From a virus: 64,000 bases of DNA. Below are positions 35,375-44,602 of this stretch, piece by piece. The stretch covers positions 1-64,000 of IMG/VR virus record IMGVR_UViG_3300048930_000409. One strand, given 5' to 3'. The position numbers were made by a program, and so were the translations under genes. Position 1 is the stretch's first letter. The number at the start of each line of letters is the position of its first letter. The notes under the pieces are model-generated. The model was given only the letters and a program-made list of their open reading frames with translations, was not told the DNA's origin and ran no database searches.

Positions 35375-37528
35375 ATGGCATCCGGTAATCCGCTTCCGCT
35401 GTTCGAGGCACACGGGGTCCAGTTCGAAGGGTTCACCGACGATCAGGCCTACGGGACGTGTCCGTTCACCGGCAAGAGCAAGAAGTTCTACGTCAACAAG
35501 ACCACCGGCCTGTGGGACTCCAAGAACACGGGCAAGTCGGGGAACATCCCGCAATTCCTCTCAGAGATGGCCTTGCAGTACGCGGCGGCGATGACGCCCG
35601 TGCTGCTGAAGAAATTGGCCGCCGACCGGGGCGTCGACCCTATTGCGTTCGAGGGATGGAGCATCGGATGGAATGGGTCCGAGTACACGGTGCCTGCGTC
35701 GGGCCCTGATGGACTGGTGACCGATATCCGGTTCTACACCCCCGGTCGGAAGATGCGGTCGACTACGGGCGCCAAAACGAACCTGTTCGGCGCCCACCGG
35801 TTGAAGGAAGACAACACGGGCATCGTCTTCGTGTGCGAAGGCGAATGGGATGCCGTGGCCTGGGCCTGGGTGCTGAAGACCGCCAACAAAGCCGGGGCGG
35901 TTGTCGGCGTGCCGGGTGCGGCCACGTTCAAGCCTGAGTGGGCAACGTACCTGCGGAACAAGCGGGTGTTCGCCATGTACGACCACGACAAGGCCGGGCG
36001 CGAGGGACTGCAGTTGTGCGCCGAACGGTGCGCCAACACGGCGACGAACGTCTCAGGGCTGACGTGGCCTGACGACACCCCAGACGGGTGGGACGTCCGC
36101 GACGAGGTCAAGGCCAACTCGTCGAACATCCTTCGCATCAATACACTGGTCCGCACCTTGATGGGGCGGTTCGAGCCGGTGACGGTGGCCAAGGGCATGA
36201 AGAATGCCAAGCCGCCCGTGGCCCCGCCGCCCGCCTCCCGCAAGGGTGAGGCAAACACGTTGCCGCCTCCCGGGGCCAGCCGCGTGTCCACGTTCAAGGC
36301 TCCGTCGCTGGAGAAGGTGGAGGAGACGTTCCGGAAGTGGTTGTTCCTGGACAACACAGACGCTCTGCGTATCATGCTGGCGTGTGTGGTATCCCAGCAA
36401 ATCGACGGGTCGCCCATCTGGGTCTTTCTGGTGGCGCCGCCCGGCGGGTCCAAGACCGAACACCTGAATTCGCTGTCGACGGTGGCCCACGTCATGATGA
36501 CGTCATCGCTGACGCCGCACTCCCTGATTTCGGGGGCGAACTTCAAGAGCAACGAAGACCCGTCGTTGATTCCACAGCTGGACGGCAAGGTCCTGGTCAT
36601 CAAAGACTTCACCGCGATCATCGGCATGCGTGATGCCGACAAGGAAGAAATCTTTGCCATCCTGCGCGATGCGTACGATGGCCACTGTGGGAAGGTATTC
36701 GGCAATGGCATTCAGCGCAAGTACGACTCGCGCTTTACGATTCTTGGAGCAGTTACACCACGCATTTATGACCTTGGCTCCAACCACGCTGCCTTGGGAG
36801 AACGGTTCCTCAAATTCACGCTCGGAGATAACCTCGACCACGTTGCCGAGGAAGACATCATCCGGCGAGCCATTACCAATATCAATCGCGAGACGTCCAT
36901 GCGGGCCGAGCTCGCGGACGTCGTCAACGCGTTCCTGACCCAAACGGTCAAGACCGACGTGGTGCCCACCATCCCAGAAGAGATCATGAAGCTGATCATC
37001 AATCTGGCGCGGTTCGGTGCCCGCATGCGGGGGACGGTCTCCCGCGATCAGTTCCGCCACGACGTCATGACGTCGCGGCCCTCGGCCGAGGTCGGGTCAC
37101 GTCTGGGCGTCCAGATGGCGAAGTTGGGGCAGTCGTTGGCTATGGTGGCCGGGCGCACCGAAGTCAACATGGACGACTACCGGCTGATGAAGAAGACGAT
37201 GTTGGATACCATCCCCCAGCGACTGGAGGACATGGTCCGACTGATGTACCGGGCGTGCCCAACCCGTAATCACTACATGTCGGCGCGGGAACTGGAGATG
37301 GTGACCCGGTATCCCTCGGCGACGGTCATCCGGTTGTTGCAAGATTTGATCGTGCTGAACGTCGTGCGGCGGGAGGTCGGTGAGGGCGCCGTCGCGGCCA
37401 AGCCCCGGTACACGCTGTCGGATTACATCCGCCGCGCCTTGAACCAAGCGCACCTGTACATCACGGAAGAGGAATATGCCCGCAAGTCGGCTATCGCCAT
37501 GCGGATCAAGCGAAAGAAGGTTTCGTGA
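35375..37528 (+). CDS. primase-helicase (TOPRIM plus AAA+/MCM-like ATPase)
   Basis: CPF N-terminus, VCEGEWDA, YDHDKAG, APPGGSKT, LVIKDF, LRDAYDG, ERF. Confidence 0.85.
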   Translation: MASGNPLPLFEAHGVQFEGFTDDQAYGTCPFTGKSKKFYVNKTTGLWDSKNTGKSGNIPQFLSEMALQYAAAMTPVLLKKLAADRGVDPIAFEGWSIGWNGSEYTVPASGPDGLVTDIRFYTPGRKMRSTTGAKTNLFGAHRLKEDNTGIVFVCEGEWDAVAWAWVLKTANKAGAVVGVPGAATFKPEWATYLRNKRVFAMYDHDKAGREGLQLCAERCANTATNVSGLTWPDDTPDGWDVRDEVKANSSNILRINTLVRTLMGRFEPVTVAKGMKNAKPPVAPPPASRKGEANTLPPPGASRVSTFKAPSLEKVEETFRKWLFLDNTDALRIMLACVVSQQIDGSPIWVFLVAPPGGSKTEHLNSLSTVAHVMMTSSLTPHSLISGANFKSNEDPSLIPQLDGKVLVIKDFTAIIGMRDADKEEIFAILRDAYDGHCGKVFGNGIQRKYDSRFTILGAVTPRIYDLGSNHAALGERFLKFTLGDNLDHVAEEDIIRRAITNINRETSMRAELADVVNAFLTQTVKTDVVPTIPEEIMKLIINLARFGARMRGTVSRDQFRHDVMTSRPSAEVGSRLGVQMAKLGQSLAMVAGRTEVNMDDYRLMKKTMLDTIPQRLEDMVRLMYRACPTRNHYMSARELEMVTRYPSATVIRLLQDLIVLNVVRREVGEGAVAAKPRYTLSDYIRRALNQAHLYITEEEYARKSAIAMRIKRKKVS

Positions 37529-37884
37529 CGCCTCACAAACGAGCCGGGTTGGTTGGGCTGGTCGCGTTGTTCTTCATCGCGTCCGTCTACGATGCGCGAC
37601 AGTACAAGTGGGAGCGGGATGAACTGCGCCGGATGCTGGACGAGTCGTATGACATGAACTGGCGACTGATGCAGGACTGCCCGTCGGTGGCACCGTCGGG
37701 ATCGCTGGCCGGGGAGGGCGTGCGATTGGAAAAGCCGTCCTGCCCCGAGTCCGGATGGTTTCTGGTTGACGGCCGTCTGGAGGGACGTGACTGCGAGGGA
37801 AAGGTTACGGTTGTGTTCGGACCGGGGGATGTGGGCGTCGGACGTGTTCCCGCGATGCCGGTCTTACGTCCTGCAGAACCCTAA
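37525..37884 (+). CDS. membrane-anchored hypothetical protein
   Basis: N-terminal TM plus short coil. Confidence 0.55.
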   Translation: MTPHKRAGLVGLVALFFIASVYDARQYKWERDELRRMLDESYDMNWRLMQDCPSVAPSGSLAGEGVRLEKPSCPESGWFLVDGRLEGRDCEGKVTVVFGPGDVGVGRVPAMPVLRPAEP

Positions 37885-37960
37885 GGGCGACGTTCGGGGG
37901 TCCGGACATACCATGGGGGCGGCCCCCACCCCCGCGCCCCGCATATGCGTCTGCAGGACG
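37867..37960. repeat. CTGCAG-bounded dispersed element
   Basis: 11-bp IR cgtcctgcaga/tctgcaggacg; core ctaag...tcgggggtccggacatacca. Confidence 0.7.
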
Positions 37961-37962
37961 AA

Positions 37963-38069
37963 TGAACGTACGGGGGGACGGCGGGCACCCGGCCACGGGC
38001 AAGGAGCAACAGACGCGGCCGGGACAACGGTGGCGAAGCGCTGGTGCCCGCCGCCCCCTCGTACGTTCA
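37963..38069. other. long inverted repeat at the convergence of the two transcription arms
   Basis: 27-bp arms 37963-37989 / 38043-38069 with 2 mismatches, plus an internal ccggcc/ggccgg stem. Confidence 0.7.
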
Positions 38070-38582
38070 CTTGGCAATGTCCGCGATGCGGTTCAGCCAG
38101 CCCTTCAAATTCGCCCGCTGCTTGGGCAACCGCCGCACCTCATCGTGACAGTGCCGCTCCCATTCGGCCCGGTACATCCGCCGCATGGCTACAGGGTCCG
38201 TAGCGCGATTGACGGCGCCCGCCGTGACCGGACCCACGACCCCGTCGACCGCGACGCCCACGATTCGCTGCAGACCGCGTGCCGCATCGTCGGGGCCGGA
38301 CATCACGCCCCAATGCACGGCCATCTCAGCCAGGGCGGCATCCTTCAACAACGAGAACCCCGGCCCCCGGATGTACCACGCCCGGTAGATCCGGATAGCC
38401 GTATCCCGTGTCAACGCCTGCATGTCGGCAAGGGTTGCGGTGCGCCTCAGCCACTTGGAGTAGGTGCGCCACGTGATGCCCCACTTGGTCAAGCCACCGA
38501 GATCCGTCGCGTGATTTGTCAGCTTCCCCGTCTCCCACCGGAGCACGGATTCCAGGATGGCGGATTCCTCGAGGTCGGTCAT
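38067..38582 (-). CDS. endolysin, glycoside hydrolase family 108 with PG-binding domain
   Basis: E..KLTNHATDLGGLTKWGIT...LQ..VGV.VDGVVGP.T...GWLNR. Confidence 0.9.
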   Translation of the reverse strand: MTDLEESAILESVLRWETGKLTNHATDLGGLTKWGITWRTYSKWLRRTATLADMQALTRDTAIRIYRAWYIRGPGFSLLKDAALAEMAVHWGVMSGPDDAARGLQRIVGVAVDGVVGPVTAGAVNRATDPVAMRRMYRAEWERHCHDEVRRLPKQRANLKGWLNRIADIAK

Positions 38583-38947
38583 GGCGCCGCCACCTCCTCA
38601 CGGGACTGATGCTGGGAGCGAAGTTCCGCGCGAACGTTGCGTGTGGTCTGCACAACGAGCAGGAAGGCAAACGCCGCCAGCACAGACTCCTTTACTAGAA
38701 TCAAGTTGTTGGCAGGCATCGGGTATCGGAGCGCGATGGCGCTGAGCACGATGATGGCGCCGCCGAAGTACCGCACCATAACGTCGCCAGTCTTTGTCAT
38801 TGCGAGCCACGCCCACGGGCGCGTCGCCGTATACCGCCGCGCCATCAAATAGCTACGGCGATACTGCAGCATCAACCATGTCTGCAGCGCAAACGATGTC
38901 GATACGCACACCACGACACACACAAACAGCAAAGTTTCAATCGTCAC
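38579..38947 (-). CDS. 3-TM membrane protein (holin-like)
   Basis: three hydrophobic segments, adjacent to endolysin. Confidence 0.6.
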   Translation of the reverse strand: MTIETLLFVCVVVCVSTSFALQTWLMLQYRRSYLMARRYTATRPWAWLAMTKTGDVMVRYFGGAIIVLSAIALRYPMPANNLILVKESVLAAFAFLLVVQTTRNVRAELRSQHQSREEVAAP

Positions 38948-39128
38948 GGCTTGGATCCTTCACATAGATGCCGGAGACCACGCGTGCTTCCATGCACAGA
39001 GCATGGACACGGTGTTTCAGTTCGTCCAGTTCTCCGGCGTCACGCCGCTCGGGTACCGGGGGAAAGCGCACATCGTCGACAGGCTTGCTCGGTCGGAACG
39101 GGGCCGGGGTACGATTCAGGCGGTCCAT
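38937..39128 (-). CDS. small hypothetical protein
   Basis: AGGAGG SD; resembles 39571..39765. Confidence 0.55.
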   Translation of the reverse strand: MDRLNRTPAPFRPSKPVDDVRFPPVPERRDAGELDELKHRVHALCMEARVVSGIYVKDPSRDD

Positions 39129-39136
39129 GGAGCCTC

Positions 39137-39574
39137 CTACTCTGGGGAGATTTCTGGACGGCCAGCACGGTTCCATTCGGCGACGGCGCGGTGCCGGTCA
39201 TACATCGCCCAGATGCCCTTGGTGATTGACGCGACAGCAATGATGATGACGCTGATCCGGTTCGAGTACACGGACGCCAAGATCATGTCGGCATGCTCGG
39301 TCGTGTGATTGGCGATCTGGATCAGGGGCGGCGGAGATGTCAACACGCCCCGCGTACCCTGCTGAAGAATGGCCAACGCCTGAATCAGCCGGAGGACGGC
39401 GGTCCGGTTGCCCGACATCGCCAGGATGTGGAGGAACCGGTACTTCCGCCAGTGCGACCGTCGAAATGCGGAGTAGCGCATCATGACGTCCCAGCACTCG
39501 ACGGCATGCACCACGACCATCAGGACGCCAAGGGCCAGGGCCCACCACTCGACCGGGTATGCGTAAAACGTCAT
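39137..39574 (-). CDS. multi-TM membrane protein (holin-like)
   Basis: hydrophobic segments; resembles 38579..38947. Confidence 0.6.
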   Translation of the reverse strand: MTFYAYPVEWWALALGVLMVVVHAVECWDVMMRYSAFRRSHWRKYRFLHILAMSGNRTAVLRLIQALAILQQGTRGVLTSPPPLIQIANHTTEHADMILASVYSNRISVIIIAVASITKGIWAMYDRHRAVAEWNRAGRPEISPE

Positions 39575-39765
39575 CGGGACTTTCCCTTCATCCGTTCGTG
39601 AATCAAGAAATTGTGGGCATCCCACAAGATCGGCGCCAGCTGGTTGCGTAGCGCGTGCAATTCTTCACGGTGGTCGGGTTTCGGCGGTAGGGGTGCGACG
39701 TCCAACGGGGGCGGGGCCTCCACGCGTCCAAAGCGCCGAATGAACTGCACGACCCGGTCAATCAC
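39571..39765 (-). CDS. small hypothetical protein
   Basis: coupled ORF. Confidence 0.5.
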   Translation of the reverse strand: MIDRVVQFIRRFGRVEAPPPLDVAPLPPKPDHREELHALRNQLAPILWDAHNFLIHERMKGKSR

Positions 39766-40060
39766 GGGGTGCTTCTTCCTTCTTGGCTTCAATGACATGC
39801 TTGGTGACCCCCATCAGCTGGTACACCAGTTTGCGCGTTTCCCGGAGTTCAACGTCTTGTTCGGCGATACGCTTGTCGCGGATGTCGATGGCCTCTTTGG
39901 CAGCCTTCTCGATGACAGCGACGATACGCTCGTGCGACGTGGCAAACAGCCACCACGGCTTTGCTTTCCACCCGCCATACAGGATGGCGAGCAACAAGGC
40001 GCCGATTGACCCGCCGCCGATAGCTTTGAGAATCAGATCAAACGACGGGTCAGTCGGCAT
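39758..40060 (-). CDS. membrane protein with coiled coil (holin-like)
   Basis: GGGSIGALLLAILYGGW TM plus coil. Confidence 0.6.
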   Translation of the reverse strand: MPTDPSFDLILKAIGGGSIGALLLAILYGGWKAKPWWLFATSHERIVAVIEKAAKEAIDIRDKRIAEQDVELRETRKLVYQLMGVTKHVIEAKKEEAPRD

Positions 40061-40064
40061 GGCA

Positions 40065-40418
40065 TTACTTCTTTGGAGCGGGGGCCTTGACCAGCACCAT
40101 CTTCTGGAAGTCCCACGAGTCAACGTCGGGGTCGCCCTTGGCTTCCGTGATCAGCCGACGCGTCAGCGCCTGGGTCTGCGTCTTGGAGGCCGCCTCGCGC
40201 ATGGTGGCGTTCTCGGCCAGGAGTTGAGAGATGAGCGCATCTTTCTGGGCGAGCTGTTCCTGCATTCGCAACAGCGCTGCTTCGAACTGCCCAGCCTTCT
40301 GTTCTGCGGTCAAGGTCGCCCCGACGGTCAGGGCGTTCGGGGCGGTCGTCTGGCCGTAGGCCATCGTGCCGAGGATCAGCATCGTGGCCGTGAGTGTTCC
40401 GAAGATGAACCGAATCAT
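40065..40418 (-). CDS. signal-peptide coiled-coil protein
   Basis: MIRFIFGTLTATMLILGTMAYG-Q; AAGGAG SD. Confidence 0.65.
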   Translation of the reverse strand: MIRFIFGTLTATMLILGTMAYGQTTAPNALTVGATLTAEQKAGQFEAALLRMQEQLAQKDALISQLLAENATMREAASKTQTQALTRRLITEAKGDPDVDSWDFQKMVLVKAPAPKK

Positions 40419-40496
40419 GTGTGCTCCTTGCACGTCACCGGTAGCGGTGACTCGTTAAAGGGGGAATCGGCGCGGAGCGACCGCGCCGATCCAGGG

Positions 40497-40958
40497 TTAC
40501 CGGCGCACGGCCCGGACGAAGGCCCCGGTGCGCTGGTTGATGCCGGTCAGGTCCGTGCGGCCATCGCCGTCCAGATCTCCGGCCGTCCAGACCATGTTCG
40601 GGCTGAGGCGTACCCACTCGAACTGCTCCCAGACACCCATGGCGGCGTAGGGCGACGTGTAGCCGAACGGCGTCGACTTCACGAGCAGGTGCCATTCCGA
40701 GTCGGCGTTGTAGATCAGGATGTCGGCCGTGGGCTTGACGCGCACGGGGACCGCCGGACCGTAGACGTTCAGGTGTGTCGGCGGCGCGTAGGCATCGTTC
40801 AGCACCAGAACCTGGCATCGGCAGATGCCACCGGGGTCCGACTGCTCGACGAACGTGGACCCGTTCGCGGCAGGGAAGGTACGGTCCTGCGCTTCGGCGG
40901 GCGCCGCCAGCGTGGACATCAGGAACAGCATCATCAGGGACCACAGAAACTTCGTCAT
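40497..40958 (-). CDS. signal-peptide protein with FG-GAP-like Ca-binding motif
   Basis: MTKFLWSLMMLFLMSTLAAPAEA-Q; GDLDGDGRTDL. Confidence 0.7.
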   Translation of the reverse strand: MTKFLWSLMMLFLMSTLAAPAEAQDRTFPAANGSTFVEQSDPGGICRCQVLVLNDAYAPPTHLNVYGPAVPVRVKPTADILIYNADSEWHLLVKSTPFGYTSPYAAMGVWEQFEWVRLSPNMVWTAGDLDGDGRTDLTGINQRTGAFVRAVRR

Positions 40959-41053
40959 GTTCTCATCCTCAAGGGTGGGCGTCCGGATCGACGCGACCCC
41001 CGAATGGTACCGCGACACGGGGGCATATCCCCTGCAAAGTCGCGGTACTGGTA

Positions 41054-41308
41054 TTAGGTCAATGACTCGCGTACGTCGATCTCGTCCATCATGACTTGCG
41101 TGCTCGTCGGCGTACGCAGTCCGGCGAGCATGCCCCCGAACGACACAGGCACGGTCGCCGCGATGGGGAACCCCGGCTTGCCCGCCGCAATGTTCGCAGC
41201 GACGAGCGTGTTGATGGCGTTGACGTCGGTACCCAGCGCCTGCGCGGCAAGCGCCTTTGTCAGGTAGTAGTCGCGGAACTGCAAGGCGCGAATCTCGTAG
41301 ACCTTCAT
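41054..41308 (-). CDS. hypothetical protein (possible fibre chaperone)
   Basis: AAGGAG SD directly after tail fibre. Confidence 0.6.
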   Translation of the reverse strand: MKVYEIRALQFRDYYLTKALAAQALGTDVNAINTLVAANIAAGKPGFPIAATVPVSFGGMLAGLRTPTSTQVMMDEIDVRESLT

Positions 41309-41320
41309 GTAGTCGTCTCC

Positions 41321-44300
41321 TTACGGGCAGAGCCCTGAGTAATTGACAATCAACCCACCAGACACAATCAAATTGCACGAAGCCGTAACAGCAAGCGTCC
41401 CGCTCCAGCCGGGGGTTGATCCTGCGTAGTATTGCGTCGCGTACATAGTGTCCCACGGGTTAGACGCTGAACCGATACGGGATGTGCTTGTCGCTTCCCC
41501 GGACTCGAAGGCGTACGATTGCCCAGACACCGCCGGCACACCGAGGTAGAGCGTCTGAACACCTGACACAACGCCTAGTTGAAGGTGCGCCGAACCGCCA
41601 CGCATGTTCAGGTAGTCGCCAGTGGCGTTGCCCCAAATAGATGCGTCAGGAGATCCTGCTGTGCCCCACGAGATCGCCTTTGCTGCTGCGTAAGTTGACG
41701 TGCCTGCAACGAAGTTCAGGCCGTTGTTTTGCGTCAGCGCGAAGTTGCCCGTGCTCGTAACGTTGCCGCCCGTCGACAGTAGAATGCTGCCCGTGCTGGT
41801 GATATCGCCTGAATTGCCGTCGAACTCGAGCGTACAGCCAACTGCTGTCTTACACAGCCGGAAGTAGCGGTCAGTAATCTGCACGTACCCCTTGGCGCCG
41901 ACGCCCGAATGCCAATCGCCGAGCAACCACCCGTTCGCCGCACTCAACGACGCATAGAGTGTGCCTGCAGAGTTGTATGCCTCGATAGCGCCGCCGTACG
42001 TGATCTGGAATCGTTCATTGGACACCGACCCGAACTTCGCCATTGACGCATCGAGGATAGTTCGTGCCGTGCCGGCCGTGTCGTTGATCTGCACCTGCGT
42101 CGAGTTGACGACCACGCGCTGCGTTGTGCCGACGCGGAACAACGCCTGCGTGCTATCGATGTACAAGTTCTCCTGTCCAGCACCATCCTGGCCAATGAGC
42201 ACCGCGCCCGTCGAACGGTCCACATAGAACCTCCGTTCGGCCGCATCGTCGTACATCTGGATGCCCGGAGAAGACAACGTGATCAAGGGGTTGGTGCCCC
42301 ATCGCAACGCGACGACCCCAGGATCGATGTACGTGTTGGCCTGCCCCGCGCCTGACTGACCCAGCAGAATGCTCGCATCGGGTGCAAAGCGAGCGTTCTG
42401 CGTCGTGCCGCTAGTCATGAAGCGAATGCCGTTCGTCGTGTCGATACCGAGCCACCCACCTGAAGGGTTGCCGAACGCGGCGCCCCATACGGTGGAGGCG
42501 CCATAGTCGAACAGCCCCTTCATGTTGCCGAGCGCCCATCGCGTCGACAGGGCGTTGTACGTCGTGCTGGTGCGCTCGTATCCCTGAATGGTCGGCCCCT
42601 GCTCGCCACTGCCCTTGATCGACTGGATAGCGTACATGTTGATGCCGCCATCCCCCGTCGTGCCAGTGTTCGCCAACGCGACGCCGCCTGCCCACGCGCG
42701 GGCCGGGAACACGCCACCGTAGCCGCGCGTCACGTCGTAGGAATACGGCGTCAGACCGATGCCCACAATCTCGACGGTCACACTGCGCCAATTCGCCGAT
42801 GAGATCGTCAGGGGCGAGGACGCGGCCACCGACGTGGCCAGGATCGGCCCATTGCTGTCGAAGCTGGCCGATTCCGGCACGGCGGTATTGTTCGAGCGCA
42901 GGGTGTACCCCGAAGGAGCGTTCTGGATGTTCGTACCTGCCGACGACATCGCCGCCCGCGCGACCCAGGAACTGTAGTCGGATTTGGACAGCGTCAGCGA
43001 CGGGTACGACAGCGACGTACTGGCGGCGCCGTTGTCGTGGCTGCACGACACAGGAATCGGCATGGTGCCCGCACTGCTGCGATACACGGACGACATTACA
43101 CTGGTTGCGTTCGTCCACGTGCCCGACGCGGTACCCGCGCCCGAAGCAATCAGGTATCCCACGCGTACACTGGTACTGCCCCCGCTCTGCGTACACAGCG
43201 TGGTCCACCCGCCGCCCGGCAGAGAAGGCGCCGTCGCAGCGTTCCGGAACGCGAACACCAGCAACAGGTCGCCCGCCTGATGCGTGGGCAGCGTGACGCT
43301 TGTGGCAACCGCTTCGGCTTCTCCCACGAACGAGATACTCGACGCCCCGGCGCGTGGCCCGCCCGTCACCTGCACGAACTCGGTCTGCAAGTTGTCATTA
43401 ATGTAGGCGATGTCATTGACCGCCATCTCGTTGTGCGTGGTCAGGAACGTGGTGGCTCCCGAGGAGACCGCCGCTTCCAGCTTAGTTGTCGGCGTGACCA
43501 GTACGGCACCGCCGACAGTCGAAATGGCATCCTGCGCGACCAGCGTCGTCGCGAACAGGCTCCGGACCCACAGGTTCGCGTACTGACTGGCGTAGACTCC
43601 CAGGTCCGTCGTGAAGTCCTGGTCCGGCCCGACCTGACGCACACCGGGGCCAAAGTACAGGCCATTGGCGATGCTGGCCGCTGCCGTCGACCGAAACAAC
43701 GTCGACCACGACGACCCGGCATCGTTCCCGGCCTCGAACCGGAAGTTGCCCCCGACGATGCCAGCACGCCAGTTGCGCGACCCCGAGGCATTACCCGTCG
43801 CGTTGTACTCCCAGTAGGCGTTCGTGCCCGTATTGCCGATCCAGGTGCGCCCGCTGTCATAGGCACGAAGCAATGCGGTCGCGCCTGTGGCTGAGTCATA
43901 GACCGTGAACGGATCGGCCGACCCGCGATAGCCAGTGGCCGTGACCAGGTCATTGACCGTCAAGGGCTCAACAAACGTGATAGCCGTATCCCCGAACTGC
44001 GCGACGTTGGCGCTGTCGGCGACGTTGCGGATGTCGACGGTCCCACTACTGGTGCGAATCCCTCCGGTGCCCGTGATCAGGTCGTTGGCCCCGGACAGAG
44101 ACAGGTTGGCGTTGACCGTGGTCGCGCGGTTCAGGGCAATCGCCGAGTCGCCAATCGTCGCGGAGTCCGACGAATCGGCGACGTTCCGAATCACCACGCT
44201 GCCCGAGCCTGCGCGAATACCGCCCGTCCCGACGATGAGGTCGTTGGCGCCGCCAATTGTGAGCGCGCCATTGCTGGTCAACCCTCCGTTGAAGATCGCG

Positions 44301-44602
44301 GTCGCCGTGAAGGTCTGGGCCGGCACCCATGTCTGGGCAGTGTCGGTGAAGCCCGTCACGCCTGGCAGGTCCGTCTTGGCCAGAGCGCGGCGGACCACCT
44401 CGAAGTTCGACGTCCCGATCAGGAGCACCTGCGTGCCGCCCGAAGTGCCTAGGCCCTCCAACCGCACGGTAGACCCTGCAGGCGGCGCGTACGTGCCGAC
44501 CGACAAGGCACCCGCGACCTGGTTCGGTTGTGCCTGTAGCGTCCCTGCAGACGCCCACAGGGCCATCCACACGACCATCATCACCATCCATCGGTGCATC
44601 AT
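41321..44602 (-). CDS. tail fibre / receptor-binding protein
   Basis: 1093 aa G/S/T-rich beta repeats; TGATG-coupled start; position after tail-tip gene. Confidence 0.8.
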   Translation of the reverse strand: MMHRWMVMMVVWMALWASAGTLQAQPNQVAGALSVGTYAPPAGSTVRLEGLGTSGGTQVLLIGTSNFEVVRRALAKTDLPGVTGFTDTAQTWVPAQTFTATAIFNGGLTSNGALTIGGANDLIVGTGGIRAGSGSVVIRNVADSSDSATIGDSAIALNRATTVNANLSLSGANDLITGTGGIRTSSGTVDIRNVADSANVAQFGDTAITFVEPLTVNDLVTATGYRGSADPFTVYDSATGATALLRAYDSGRTWIGNTGTNAYWEYNATGNASGSRNWRAGIVGGNFRFEAGNDAGSSWSTLFRSTAAASIANGLYFGPGVRQVGPDQDFTTDLGVYASQYANLWVRSLFATTLVAQDAISTVGGAVLVTPTTKLEAAVSSGATTFLTTHNEMAVNDIAYINDNLQTEFVQVTGGPRAGASSISFVGEAEAVATSVTLPTHQAGDLLLVFAFRNAATAPSLPGGGWTTLCTQSGGSTSVRVGYLIASGAGTASGTWTNATSVMSSVYRSSAGTMPIPVSCSHDNGAASTSLSYPSLTLSKSDYSSWVARAAMSSAGTNIQNAPSGYTLRSNNTAVPESASFDSNGPILATSVAASSPLTISSANWRSVTVEIVGIGLTPYSYDVTRGYGGVFPARAWAGGVALANTGTTGDGGINMYAIQSIKGSGEQGPTIQGYERTSTTYNALSTRWALGNMKGLFDYGASTVWGAAFGNPSGGWLGIDTTNGIRFMTSGTTQNARFAPDASILLGQSGAGQANTYIDPGVVALRWGTNPLITLSSPGIQMYDDAAERRFYVDRSTGAVLIGQDGAGQENLYIDSTQALFRVGTTQRVVVNSTQVQINDTAGTARTILDASMAKFGSVSNERFQITYGGAIEAYNSAGTLYASLSAANGWLLGDWHSGVGAKGYVQITDRYFRLCKTAVGCTLEFDGNSGDITSTGSILLSTGGNVTSTGNFALTQNNGLNFVAGTSTYAAAKAISWGTAGSPDASIWGNATGDYLNMRGGSAHLQLGVVSGVQTLYLGVPAVSGQSYAFESGEATSTSRIGSASNPWDTMYATQYYAGSTPGWSGTLAVTASCNLIVSGGLIVNYSGLCP

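Noticed and set aside
41321-41500. Diversity-generating retroelement target at the fibre C-terminus
   Set aside because: No reverse transcriptase or template repeat seen in the window
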